A stretch of DNA of 64,000 nucleotides from Planctomycetota bacterium (GTDB lineage: Bacteria; Planctomycetota; UBA1135; UBA2386): positions 352,001 through 416,000 of the forward strand of contig OZ245838.1 of assembly GCA_965228735.1 (NCBI GenBank), in the 5' to 3' direction. The notes under the pieces were generated by a model. That model did not search any database. It was not told the DNA's origin and saw only the letters and a program-made list of their open reading frames with translations. Positions 29,795 to 38,272 of the stretch are shown here, one piece after another; the stretch's first letter is position 1; each line of letters begins with the position of its first letter. A program made the translations under genes and the position numbers.

Positions 29795-30565
29795 ATGGTC
29801 GCGATCCTCAGCCTGCTCCTCATCGTCACGCTCTCGATCGTCGTGACCCGCGTCGCGACGGTCGCGCTCATCCACACCGGGTTGTCCCGGGAGTCGGCGC
29901 GGTTCCAGGCGCGGTCCGCGTTCACCGGAGCCGGGTTCACGACCTCGGAATCGGAGCGCGTCGTGCAGCATCCCGTGCGGCGGCGGATCGTGATGGTGCT
30001 CATGCTGCTCGGTAACGCCGGGATCGTGACGGCGATGTCCTCGTTGATCCTGACGTTCGTCCGGGAGGAGGAGTCGGGCTCGGAGACCGGGCTGTTCTGG
30101 AAGCTCGGTCTGCTCGTCGTCGGTGTCGCCGGGCTGTGGGCGTTTGCCACCAGCGCCTGGGTGGATCGTCACCTGTCCAACTTCATCGAACGCATGATGG
30201 GCAGGTACGCGGCGCTGGAGGTGAAGGACTACACGAGTCTGATGCACCTGGCGGGCGACTATCGGCTGGCGGAGTTGAGCGTCGCCGAAGGCGACTGGCT
30301 CGACGGCAAGAGGCTCGGCGAGGCGTTGCTGCGCGACGAAGGGGTCGTCGTGCTCGGGATCACGAGGCCGGATGGTGGTTACCTCGGAACGCCTGGCGGC
30401 GACACGGAGGTGCATGGCGGCGACGTCCTGTTGACCTACGCGAGGGTCGCGGCGTTGGAGCGGATCGAGGAGCGCAAGGCGGGAGTCGCCGGCGACGTGG
30501 ATCACGAGGCGGCTGCCGATGAGCATGAAGAAGTGAAGCTCGACGAGCGCGAGGAGGATGAATGA
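29795..30565 (+). CDS. Membrane protein with TrkA-C (RCK_C) domain
   Basis: ARFQARSAFTGAGFTTSESE pore-like segment. C-terminal EGVVVLGITR..GDVL. Confidence 0.8.
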   Translation: MVAILSLLLIVTLSIVVTRVATVALIHTGLSRESARFQARSAFTGAGFTTSESERVVQHPVRRRIVMVLMLLGNAGIVTAMSSLILTFVREEESGSETGLFWKLGLLVVGVAGLWAFATSAWVDRHLSNFIERMMGRYAALEVKDYTSLMHLAGDYRLAELSVAEGDWLDGKRLGEALLRDEGVVVLGITRPDGGYLGTPGGDTEVHGGDVLLTYARVAALERIEERKAGVAGDVDHEAAADEHEEVKLDEREEDE

Positions 30566-30612
30566 GCCAGTCCAGCATGGTGGGCGACGCCCCGCGCGTC
30601 GGACTGGATCGC

Positions 30613-31524
30613 ATGATCCGTCACCTCGCCGGCACTCTTGCGTTGGCAACGATCTGTCGGGCGCAGGAACCGAAGCCGTCGCCGGCAGCGAAGTCGGGGT
30701 TCCGCGAGCAGACCGAGGTCTACAAGACGATCGGGGACGTCCAGCTGCGGATCCACGTTCTGACACCGACCGCGGAGTCCGCGTCGAAGCCAGGGCGTCC
30801 CGCGGTCGTATTCTTCTTCGGCGGCGGTTGGAATGGCGGGCGCATCGAGCAGTTTCGGCCGCAGGCGGAGTACATGGCGAGCCGCGGGATGATCGCGGCG
30901 CTCGCGGACTATCGCGTGCGGTCGCGGCACGGGACGACGCCGTTTGCGTGCGTTGCGGACGGCAAGAGCGCGGTGCGGTGGTTGCGAACGCACAGCGAGC
31001 GGCTCGGGATCGACCCGCGGCGCATCGCGGCCGCGGGCGGTTCGGCCGGGGGCCACGTCGCGGCGACGACCGGAGTCGTTCCGGGGCTCGAGGAGGTCGG
31101 TGAGTCGACCGCGGTCAGCTCGCGCGCGGACGCCCTCGTGCTGTTCAACCCGGTGTTCGACAACGGCCCCGGCGGCTACGGCCACGAGCGGCTCGGCGAT
31201 CGTTGGCGCGAGATCTCGCCGCTGCACAACATCGCAGAGGACGCGCCGCCAACCATCGTGTTCCTCGGGACGAAGGACAGCCTGATCCCGGTCGCGACCG
31301 GGAAGCGCTACCGCGATCGCATGCGGGCGGTCGGTGCGCGGTGTGACCTGCACCTCTACGAGGGCCAGCCGCACGGGTTCTTCAACCAGAACCGCAACGC
31401 CCGGTGCTTCGCCCTGACGGTGCGGGAGATGGACCGGTTCTTCGGCTCGCTCGGCTGGCTCGAGGGCGAACCGACGATCCCGGTCCCGGAAGTGAAGCCG
31501 GCGAAGGGCGCCGGCAGGCGCTAA
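30613..31524 (+). CDS. Secreted alpha/beta hydrolase (BD-FAE-like esterase)
   Basis: FFGGGW, GGSAGG, GTKD and GQPHGFF motifs. Start is 30562 or 30613. Confidence 0.88.
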   Translation: MIRHLAGTLALATICRAQEPKPSPAAKSGFREQTEVYKTIGDVQLRIHVLTPTAESASKPGRPAVVFFFGGGWNGGRIEQFRPQAEYMASRGMIAALADYRVRSRHGTTPFACVADGKSAVRWLRTHSERLGIDPRRIAAAGGSAGGHVAATTGVVPGLEEVGESTAVSSRADALVLFNPVFDNGPGGYGHERLGDRWREISPLHNIAEDAPPTIVFLGTKDSLIPVATGKRYRDRMRAVGARCDLHLYEGQPHGFFNQNRNARCFALTVREMDRFFGSLGWLEGEPTIPVPEVKPAKGAGRR

Positions 31525-33398
31525 CGCGGAGCTGCCGCCGGCGCCGGCGCGAGCTGCAGCCGGCGGACGACGCCTCGGGAGTGGCGCGTGAGAAGCGGGT
31601 CGGTGTCGGGTCGGGCGAGCAGATCGCGATAGAGCTGCACGGCGGCCTCGCGGTCGTTGGTGACGCCGAACACGAAGTCCTTCCGGAACGCGCTGCGCTG
31701 GTAATCGGGCAGCACGTCGAGGCAGAGCTCGTAGCCGTTGTCGAGCAGGCGTTGGCGCGTGACCGGGTGGTAGTCCAGCACGAACGTCTCACCGCGCGGC
31801 GGCGGGAAGCGGCCCGTCTTCTGCTGCATGCCGAACCACTCCCAGTCGGCGACGAGGCCGTCGAGGTTGGTGACGTGACCGCCGGCGAAGTAGTTCACGA
31901 GGCCCGCGCTGTAGGCGCCGATCGTGCCGTAGCGCGCGAGGTCGACGTCCTTGACCCAGCGTCCGAGCTCGGCGAGCCGGCTCTTCTCGGTGCGATAGAG
32001 TGGCGTGCACCAGAGAATCTGGCGTTCGGGCAGCGCCAGCAGCGCCAGGATGACCGGCAGCGCGGCGACGGCGCGCCGGTGGGGTGCGACGTTGCGCGGG
32101 ATCACGAGCACGACGCCAGCCGCGCCGAGCAGCACGAGCGCCGGTAGCCAGGACCACGTCGGCAGCCACCAGTTGGCGATGGCGTCACCGATGCCGTTCG
32201 GCCACGCCGTGACGACCATCGCGACGGCGAGCGCGACGAGGCCGGCGGGGTGCCGCGCCATCGCCCCGAGGGCGATCACGAGCACGAGCATCTCGGGCGC
32301 GAAGTACCACAGGGCCTGGTTGTGGTAGCCCTGGCACAATGCGTAGTAGAGATGCTTCGGCACGAACGACAGCAGCGCGCACCACAGCACGACCTCGGCG
32401 GCCGCCGGGCGTTCGCCGCGACGTTGCAGGAAGACCATGCGGAACGGCACGATCGTGATGATCAGCGTGACGATCGCGAGCGCGCGCGCGATGTGCTGCG
32501 TGTTGTCGACGAGCGACTGCGTCGAAAAGAACCAGAACAGCCGGTCCTGGATCCGTTCGGCCCACCACGTCGGATCGGTCCACAGGATCGGTCCCGACCA
32601 CTGGTTCTTCATCGCGCCGCTGATTGGCATCAGGTGGCCGAACTGCAGGAGGTTGCTGGCCGCGTAGCCGAGGCCGATCGGGCCGAGCGTCGCCGCGATG
32701 CGCAGGAGCGGCGGGATCCCGCGGCGGCGATGCAGTGCGAGGACGGTGACGCCGAGCACCGCGGCGAACAGGAAGTTGTCGAGGCGCGCGAGGAACAGCA
32801 GTCCGAGCAGCGCACCGAGTCCGTACTGGTGCGCGTTCGATGCGTCGCCCCGGAGCACCGGGATCGCGCAACGCAGCACGACGACGAGGAGGAGGCCGTT
32901 GAGTGACGACTCGCACAGCGTGAAGTACGACGTCGCGCAGGGCGCCCACACGACGAGCGCGATGCCGATCAGGATCGCGTCGCGCCGCTCCACCGAGAAC
33001 GCGCGCAACAGCTGCACGGCCTGCCAGGCGGTCGCGAGCAACGCGATGTTGGCGAGGAAGAACGCGGCGCGCACGAGCCCGTTCGGTGAGAACGACATGG
33101 TCCACTGCAGCGCAGCGAGGACGTATTGCCACAAGGGTTGGAACCCGCTCGTCGGGTGGACGCCGTCGAACGTCGGCCCGTTGCCGTCCGCCATGTGCCG
33201 TGCGATCTGCAGGAAGTAGAACGCGTCGTCGGCGATCGGCAGCGTGCTCCAGTCGTCGATGAGACGAAGCAGCGACAGCGAGTAATACGGGCCGAACCAG
33301 GCCAGTGCGGCCAGCGTGGTGAGTGCCGCGATCAGCGCGTGGCGCCCCCTCGAGGTGTACGAGGATTCGACAGTCGGGGCGACGGTGGGGGACTCCAT
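31521..33398 (-). CDS. Polytopic membrane protein, GT-C-fold glycosyltransferase-like
   Basis: DDAFYFLQIARH..GPTFDG..TSGFQPLW follows the first TM helix. LARLD motif. Many TM helices. Confidence 0.7.
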   Translation of the reverse strand: MESPTVAPTVESSYTSRGRHALIAALTTLAALAWFGPYYSLSLLRLIDDWSTLPIADDAFYFLQIARHMADGNGPTFDGVHPTSGFQPLWQYVLAALQWTMSFSPNGLVRAAFFLANIALLATAWQAVQLLRAFSVERRDAILIGIALVVWAPCATSYFTLCESSLNGLLLVVVLRCAIPVLRGDASNAHQYGLGALLGLLFLARLDNFLFAAVLGVTVLALHRRRGIPPLLRIAATLGPIGLGYAASNLLQFGHLMPISGAMKNQWSGPILWTDPTWWAERIQDRLFWFFSTQSLVDNTQHIARALAIVTLIITIVPFRMVFLQRRGERPAAAEVVLWCALLSFVPKHLYYALCQGYHNQALWYFAPEMLVLVIALGAMARHPAGLVALAVAMVVTAWPNGIGDAIANWWLPTWSWLPALVLLGAAGVVLVIPRNVAPHRRAVAALPVILALLALPERQILWCTPLYRTEKSRLAELGRWVKDVDLARYGTIGAYSAGLVNYFAGGHVTNLDGLVADWEWFGMQQKTGRFPPPRGETFVLDYHPVTRQRLLDNGYELCLDVLPDYQRSAFRKDFVFGVTNDREAAVQLYRDLLARPDTDPLLTRHSRGVVRRLQLAPAPAAAPR

Positions 33399-33558
33399 GG
33401 CGGCAGCCGCTCTATCGTCCCTTGGCCAGCCGTGACTGCAGGCGGTGTGGGTGGGGGCCGCAAGTCGGACGCGGTACCTGCCGCAATCGCCGAACGCGCT
33501 CGCGGCTTCCCTGTGCCCGATTGCCGTCGTCCCTCCAGCCTGCCTCGCTCCCTCGACG

Positions 33559-34038
33559 TCAGAGCGCTTTCACGAGCCACTTGTTGTCGAACGTGACGCC
33601 ACCGACCGCCTTCGTGTGGTCTGCCACGGCCTCGTAGCCGAGGCTGGCGAGCGCCTTCTGCGCGAGCCGCGACGAATCGACCCGTAAGCGTGTGCAGCCA
33701 GCAGCGCGAGCCCGGTCCTCGATGGCCTCCACGAGCTGTCGCGCCACACCGCGGCGCCACGCCGTCGGGTCGACGTAAAGGAAATCCAGCCGTTCGTCGG
33801 CAGCCACCAGCGTCGCGAAGCCGAGCATGCGGTCGCCTTCGAAGGCGCCGACTACCGCCACCGCCGCGGTTGCTCCGCCCGAGAACATCATCGTCAACCG
33901 TTCGACGGTCATGCCTCGCAGCCAGACCGCGACCTGCGCCGGCGAGTAGTCCTGGCCGGACGTCGCCGTGATGGCGCGCCGCGCGAGGGCGACGGCCTCG
34001 GCCGCATGCCCGGCGTCACACGCGGCGATCCGGATCAC
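33559..34038 (-). CDS. GNAT family N-acetyltransferase (YafP-like)
   Basis: GTG 34038 overlaps the upstream stop. QDYSPAQVAVW and LYVDPTAWRRGVARQL motifs. Confidence 0.85.
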   Translation of the reverse strand: MIRIAACDAGHAAEAVALARRAITATSGQDYSPAQVAVWLRGMTVERLTMMFSGGATAAVAVVGAFEGDRMLGFATLVAADERLDFLYVDPTAWRRGVARQLVEAIEDRARAAGCTRLRVDSSRLAQKALASLGYEAVADHTKAVGGVTFDNKWLVKAL

Positions 34039-34391
34039 GTGGCTCCGCCGGCAGCGGCCGCGTTCGACTGCTGCTGCGCTGCCTCGTGTTGCGCCAGCAT
34101 CGAGGACGCCATGGAGCTGCTGCGGAACGAGGTGAGGCACGTCACGCCGAGGCCGAACCCCTTCATCTCGTTGAGCCAGAGTTGCCTGCCGGTCAGCGCG
34201 TCGAGGCAGAACGTGTAGCCGTTCACCGACGCGATCAGGCGTTCGCCGTCGAGCATCAGCGCGACGGCGCCGCTGCCCTTCGGGCTCTTCCACTGCCAGA
34301 CCAGTTCGCCGGTCTCGCGGTGCAGCGCGGCCACGCGCTTGTTGAAGCCGGCGTAGACCAGATCGGCGACGGCGGGTGCGGTCGTGCTCAT
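34035..34391 (-). CDS. Small PQQ-like beta-propeller-repeat protein
   Basis: Two blades, ALHRETGELVW and CLDALTGRQLW, then an Ala/Gln/Ser-rich tail. Confidence 0.75.
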   Translation of the reverse strand: MSTTAPAVADLVYAGFNKRVAALHRETGELVWQWKSPKGSGAVALMLDGERLIASVNGYTFCLDALTGRQLWLNEMKGFGLGVTCLTSFRSSSMASSMLAQHEAAQQQSNAAAAGGAT

Positions 34392-34515
34392 CCCCCTACG
34401 TTCGCTGCACGTCTTCGGTGGGGCAAGGACCCCTCGGCGATGTTGCAGTGACGTGGCGTTGCAGCATCGCGCTCACCCGCGGAGTCTCGGTCGCCGGGCG
34501 GTCGCCGGAGATGGC

Positions 34516-34659
34516 TTACTCGGCCTCGGGAGTCTGCACGCCGTCGGTTGCTTTCCCCTCGTCGATCGCGGCGTTGTGCGACGAGATCATCGACGCGAGG
34601 CCCGACCCGACGAGGATGGTGACGAAGAGTCCGAATCCGAAGATGAAGACGTCCGTCAT
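34516..34659 (-). CDS. Small (47 aa) single-TM protein
   Basis: GGAGG upstream of the ATG. MTDVFIFGFGLFVTILVGSGLASMI hydrophobic helix. Confidence 0.6.
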   Translation of the reverse strand: MTDVFIFGFGLFVTILVGSGLASMISSHNAAIDEGKATDGVQTPEAE

Positions 34660-34671
34660 CGCTGCCTCCGA

Positions 34672-34971
34672 GCCGGGAGCCGGCGAGCGGCGCGCGATCT
34701 CGTTTCCCGCCGTCGACCTCGGGCGCGGCCACGGCGGTCCTGGATGCTCGCGATGGACCGCATGTTCCTGGCCTACATGCAGCGCTGCCCTGGCGCGAAG
34801 CCCGAGGTCTTCCTGCGCCTGTTCGAGCGGGTCCCCGCCGACGTTCTGGTGCGGTTCCTGTCGGATCGCTGCACTGCCCGCGACGCCGGTCAGGTCATCG
34901 CGGCGATGCCGAAGATCCCGATGCTCGCCACGGCGCTCGCGCGGTGGCGACTGTGGCTGCGCCATGACTGA
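34672..34971 (+). pseudogene. crtY: C-terminal fragment of a lycopene cyclase family gene
   Basis: MDRMFLAYMQRCP..PEVFLRLFERVPADVLVRFLSD..IAAMPK resembles the lycopene cyclase C-terminus. No N-terminal FAD-binding region is present. The stop overlaps the blh start. Confidence 0.7.
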
Positions 34972-35968
34972 CGGCGTCGTCTTCGGGTCGGTCGTGTTCG
35001 CGCGCCATCGGGTAGCGGCCGCCGTCCTCACCGGGCTCGCGCTGGTCGGGCACGGCCTGCTGCCCGAACTGCCGCCGGACGGCGAGCTCGTGCTGCTCGT
35101 CGTCGCGGTTGCCCTGCTCGGCGTGCCGCACGGTGCCGTCGACCATCTCGTCGCCAAGCCGTTCTTTGCCGGACGCTGGCAACGCGTCTGGCTGCCCGTC
35201 TTCGGCCTGTGCTACGTCGGTCTGGCAGCGCTCGTGGTGCTGCTGTGGCTGCTCGCTCCGGGTGTGTCCCTGGCCGGCTTCCTGCTGCTCTCGATCCTGC
35301 ACTTCGGTGCGGGTGACCAGCGGGACGGACTCGGGGCGTTGGCGTCGGGTTCGCTCGTCGTGCTGGGACCGGTCGCCGTCCATCCAGCGGACTGCGCCAC
35401 GCTGTTCGCGCCGCTCGCCGGGCGGTCGGGTGACGCGATGGCCGGGCTGCTCGAGGGCTTGCAGCCGTTGCTGTTGGCAACCGTCGCATTGGCGCTGCTG
35501 CCGTTCGTTGTCCGCAGTCTGCGCCGACGTTGCTGGGCGATCCTCGCAGAGCTGGGGTTGCTCGCGACGACCGTCGCCCTTCTGCCGCCGCTGCAGGCGT
35601 TCGTGCTCTACTTCTGCATCTGGCACGCACCACGTCACGTGCTCGAGATCGCGCAGTCGTTCGCTCCCGGGTCGACGAGGCTCGGCCTCAGGAGGTTCGT
35701 GTGGGCGGCGCTGCCGTTCTCGGCGCTGACGATCGCGGGCGGGGCGCTCGCCTGGGCCAGCGTCGCGAGCCTCCGCTCACCGAGCGACGCGACGCTGCAG
35801 GTGATCTTCATCGGGTTGGCCGCGCTCACAGTCCCGCACATGATCGTTATGAGTGCCGCGAGTCGCGGCGGCGATCAGCTGGCCCTGAGCGCTACGACTG
35901 CGCCAGCACGAAGTCGAGCGCGCCGCGCACCGCCGCGACCTGTGCCCGGTTGCAGTCCTCGTCCGTGA
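34964..35968 (+). CDS. blh: Brp/Blh beta-carotene 15,15'-dioxygenase
   Basis: Four His motifs, GVPHGAVDH, SILHFG, YFCIWHAPRH and AALTVPHM, in a polytopic membrane protein. Confidence 0.9.
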   Translation: MTDGVVFGSVVFARHRVAAAVLTGLALVGHGLLPELPPDGELVLLVVAVALLGVPHGAVDHLVAKPFFAGRWQRVWLPVFGLCYVGLAALVVLLWLLAPGVSLAGFLLLSILHFGAGDQRDGLGALASGSLVVLGPVAVHPADCATLFAPLAGRSGDAMAGLLEGLQPLLLATVALALLPFVVRSLRRRCWAILAELGLLATTVALLPPLQAFVLYFCIWHAPRHVLEIAQSFAPGSTRLGLRRFVWAALPFSALTIAGGALAWASVASLRSPSDATLQVIFIGLAALTVPHMIVMSAASRGGDQLALSATTAPARSRARRAPPRPVPGCSPRP

Positions 35969-36806
35969 CCTTGGGGCTGTCGGGGTAGACCTCGGTCGTG
36001 GTCGTGTAGGTCGCGTTCGTCATGCCCATGCACAGGCCGAGCCCCTTCGCCGCATAGTTGATCACGCCGTTCTGCGTGACATCTTCCCCGATGATCTGCC
36101 CGTTCTCGTCCGGCGGCGCGATGTGCGTCACCTGCTCGACCGAGCGGATGATCGCGGCCTGGAACTCGGGCTGCGGGTTCTCCGCGTCACCCACGGTGTA
36201 GAACCCATCCGGGATCTCGCCCGCGCCGAGCTCGTTGCCGTCGCGCGCGGCCTTCGCCGGGCGGAACTCGGTCTCGTCGGTGTCCGTCGTCTCGTGCAGA
36301 TCCATGTGCATGACGAAGTCATGGCCGCGTTCCGCGAGCAGCGCCATGACGGCGGCCGACTCTCCGCATGGGCTGTCGGGAACGAACGAACGATTGGGGT
36401 CGATCGCCGCGCTGTTCCAGCGGTGGATGACCTCGTAGGCCCAGGGGCTCACGCACGGCAGCACGAGCAGGTTGATGCGATCCGCGTAGTCCTCGGCGTG
36501 CTCTGCCACGAACGCGAGCGCGCCCTGCACGCCGCTCGTCTCGTAGCCGTGCACGCCGCCGGTGATCAGCGCCCACGGCTTGTCCGGCGCCGGCGACTTC
36601 GGCGCGATCGCGAACAGCGGGAAGCGGTCCGGGTCGATCTCGAGCGCGCCGTATTGCGTGACATCGAAGCGCTCGCGCAACGCGTCGATCTTCTGCACGA
36701 CCTCGTCGTGATAACTGCGCTTCCTGGTCTGCTGCGAGAGCCAGGTGGCCTTGTCGTCGTCGGTCCAGGGCTGGCCGGGAGTGCCGATGGGGTAGAAGCG
36801 TTCCAT
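35892..36806 (-). CDS. M14 family metallopeptidase (succinylglutamate desuccinylase-like)
   Basis: YPIGTPGQPW, TGGVHGYETSG, DPNRSF, DLHET and TTTEVYPD motifs. Confidence 0.9.
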   Translation of the reverse strand: MERFYPIGTPGQPWTDDDKATWLSQQTRKRSYHDEVVQKIDALRERFDVTQYGALEIDPDRFPLFAIAPKSPAPDKPWALITGGVHGYETSGVQGALAFVAEHAEDYADRINLLVLPCVSPWAYEVIHRWNSAAIDPNRSFVPDSPCGESAAVMALLAERGHDFVMHMDLHETTDTDETEFRPAKAARDGNELGAGEIPDGFYTVGDAENPQPEFQAAIIRSVEQVTHIAPPDENGQIIGEDVTQNGVINYAAKGLGLCMGMTNATYTTTTEVYPDSPKVTDEDCNRAQVAAVRGALDFVLAQS

Positions 36807-36995
36807 GGTGTCGGGCCGGAGTCTCGGCGACGCGACGCGCTTTGGCAATCGTCCGAGTGCGGTCCATGCCGGCCATGCCGGGGGCATGCCGACGGCAGCA
36901 CGACGGCGAGGTCGGTCATGCTCAAGAAACGCCAGTTGTCGTTGCCGAGGTGATCGGGCGAGCGTCTGCACCGCGAGCCCGATAGGATGCCGTTC

Positions 36996-37496
36996 ATGAC
37001 CAGTCCGCGGATGCGCCCGGTCTTTGCGCAGACGTTCGCCGGAGCCCCCGAGGCGTTCTGGGATCGACTCGGCGAGAGCCTGCGGGGCGAGGACGGCGGG
37101 GTTCGTGGTCAGACGTTCGAAGGTGGTGCGATCCTGCGCCTGCGGCACTCCGATCGTCACGTCTGGAGCCCGGCGCTCTACGTTCACGTCGAGCAGGACG
37201 ACACGGGCCGCGTGCTCGTGCGCGGGCGGTTCTCACCGAGTTCACCGGTCTGGACTGCGTTCGTCGCGATCTACCTCGTGCTGCTCTGTCTGGCGATGGC
37301 GGCGGGCTCCTACGGCGGCGCGCAGCTCATCCTCGACGAGTATCCGTGGGCGTTCTGGGGTGTGCCGCTCGCCGTCGTGCTCGCGGCGTTCACCTACGGA
37401 GCCGCGTTCATCGGCCAGGGGCTGAGCAGCGACGACATGTATCGCCTGCGTGCGTTCGTCGACGCAGTCGTCGAGACGGCCGGGGACGCGGGGTAG
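36996..37496 (+). CDS. Hypothetical membrane protein (2 TM)
   Basis: WSPAL..VRGRFSP followed by two hydrophobic helices. TAGGAT lies 7 nt upstream of ATG 36996. Confidence 0.7.
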   Translation: MTSPRMRPVFAQTFAGAPEAFWDRLGESLRGEDGGVRGQTFEGGAILRLRHSDRHVWSPALYVHVEQDDTGRVLVRGRFSPSSPVWTAFVAIYLVLLCLAMAAGSYGGAQLILDEYPWAFWGVPLAVVLAAFTYGAAFIGQGLSSDDMYRLRAFVDAVVETAGDAG

Positions 37497-37547
37497 ATCG
37501 AACCCAGCGCGCACGGGGTCGCGACAGCCGTGCCAACTGGCCTGGCG

Positions 37548-37823
37548 CTACTCGGACTCCGCCGTCGCGCCGTCGGCTTCGTTCCCGTGGATCACCGCTC
37601 GCGCGGCATCGACGAGTCGGCCGAGTCGAACGACGCACGGATCACAGGCGCTGTTGCAGCACGTTCGCCACTCCTCGTCGGGAACGTCCACGTGCTGCGA
37701 CACGAAGTGCACGTACGACGGATCGACGTCCTCCCGAACGAAGTCGGCGGCGAGGCGCTGCAAGAGTTCTCGGTAGTGCAACGGGCGGTTGGGTGTGGTC
37801 GAGGCGTCCGAGGAGCGTAGCAA
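37548..37823 (-). CDS. Small protein with CCxSxCxPC motif (oxidoreductase-like N-terminal domain type)
   Basis: WRTCCNSACDPCV. Start uncertain (TTG 37823 or TTG 37781). Confidence 0.6.
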   Translation of the reverse strand: MLRSSDASTTPNRPLHYRELLQRLAADFVREDVDPSYVHFVSQHVDVPDEEWRTCCNSACDPCVVRLGRLVDAARAVIHGNEADGATAESE

Positions 37824-37859
37824 TGGGCAAACCGGCGTGGGCGGTCTATACCGGGAACC

Positions 37860-38168
37860 ATGAGCACCGCGAGCCATGGCCCCGTTGCCACCGAGATGAT
37901 CCGCCGGCTCGAGGCCGCGCTCGCCCCGACCCGTCTGGTGCTACGCGACGACAGCGACGCCCACCGCGGGCATGCCGGGCACAGCGGGGCCGGCGAGAGC
38001 CACTTCTCGCTGCAGATCGAGAGCGCCGAGTTCGCCGGCCAGAATCGCGTCCAGCGGCAGCGCGCGGTCTATCGGGCGCTGGGCGACCTGATGACGACGC
38101 GGGTCCATGCCCTGAGCATCGAGGCGACCGCTCCCGAAGAGCGCGAGTCGCGCGAGCGCCGCGGCTGA
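37860..38168 (+). CDS. bolA: BolA family protein
   Basis: DDSDAHRGHAGH..GESHF..FAGQNRVQRQRAVY..VHALSI. Confidence 0.93.
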   Translation: MSTASHGPVATEMIRRLEAALAPTRLVLRDDSDAHRGHAGHSGAGESHFSLQIESAEFAGQNRVQRQRAVYRALGDLMTTRVHALSIEATAPEERESRERRG

Positions 38169-38272
38169 CCGATGCCCAGGGCTACTCGCCGTCGCGCGAG
38201 TGCGGCGAGCCATTCCGAGCGAGAACGGGAATACGGCTGTCAGGCCGGGGTGAATGCCGACCTGGAGCTGGC

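Noticed and set aside
35892..35968. 77-bp 3' overlap of blh with the convergent peptidase
   Set aside because: It is probably simple stop-codon drift after the last conserved Blh motif, with no evidence of function.
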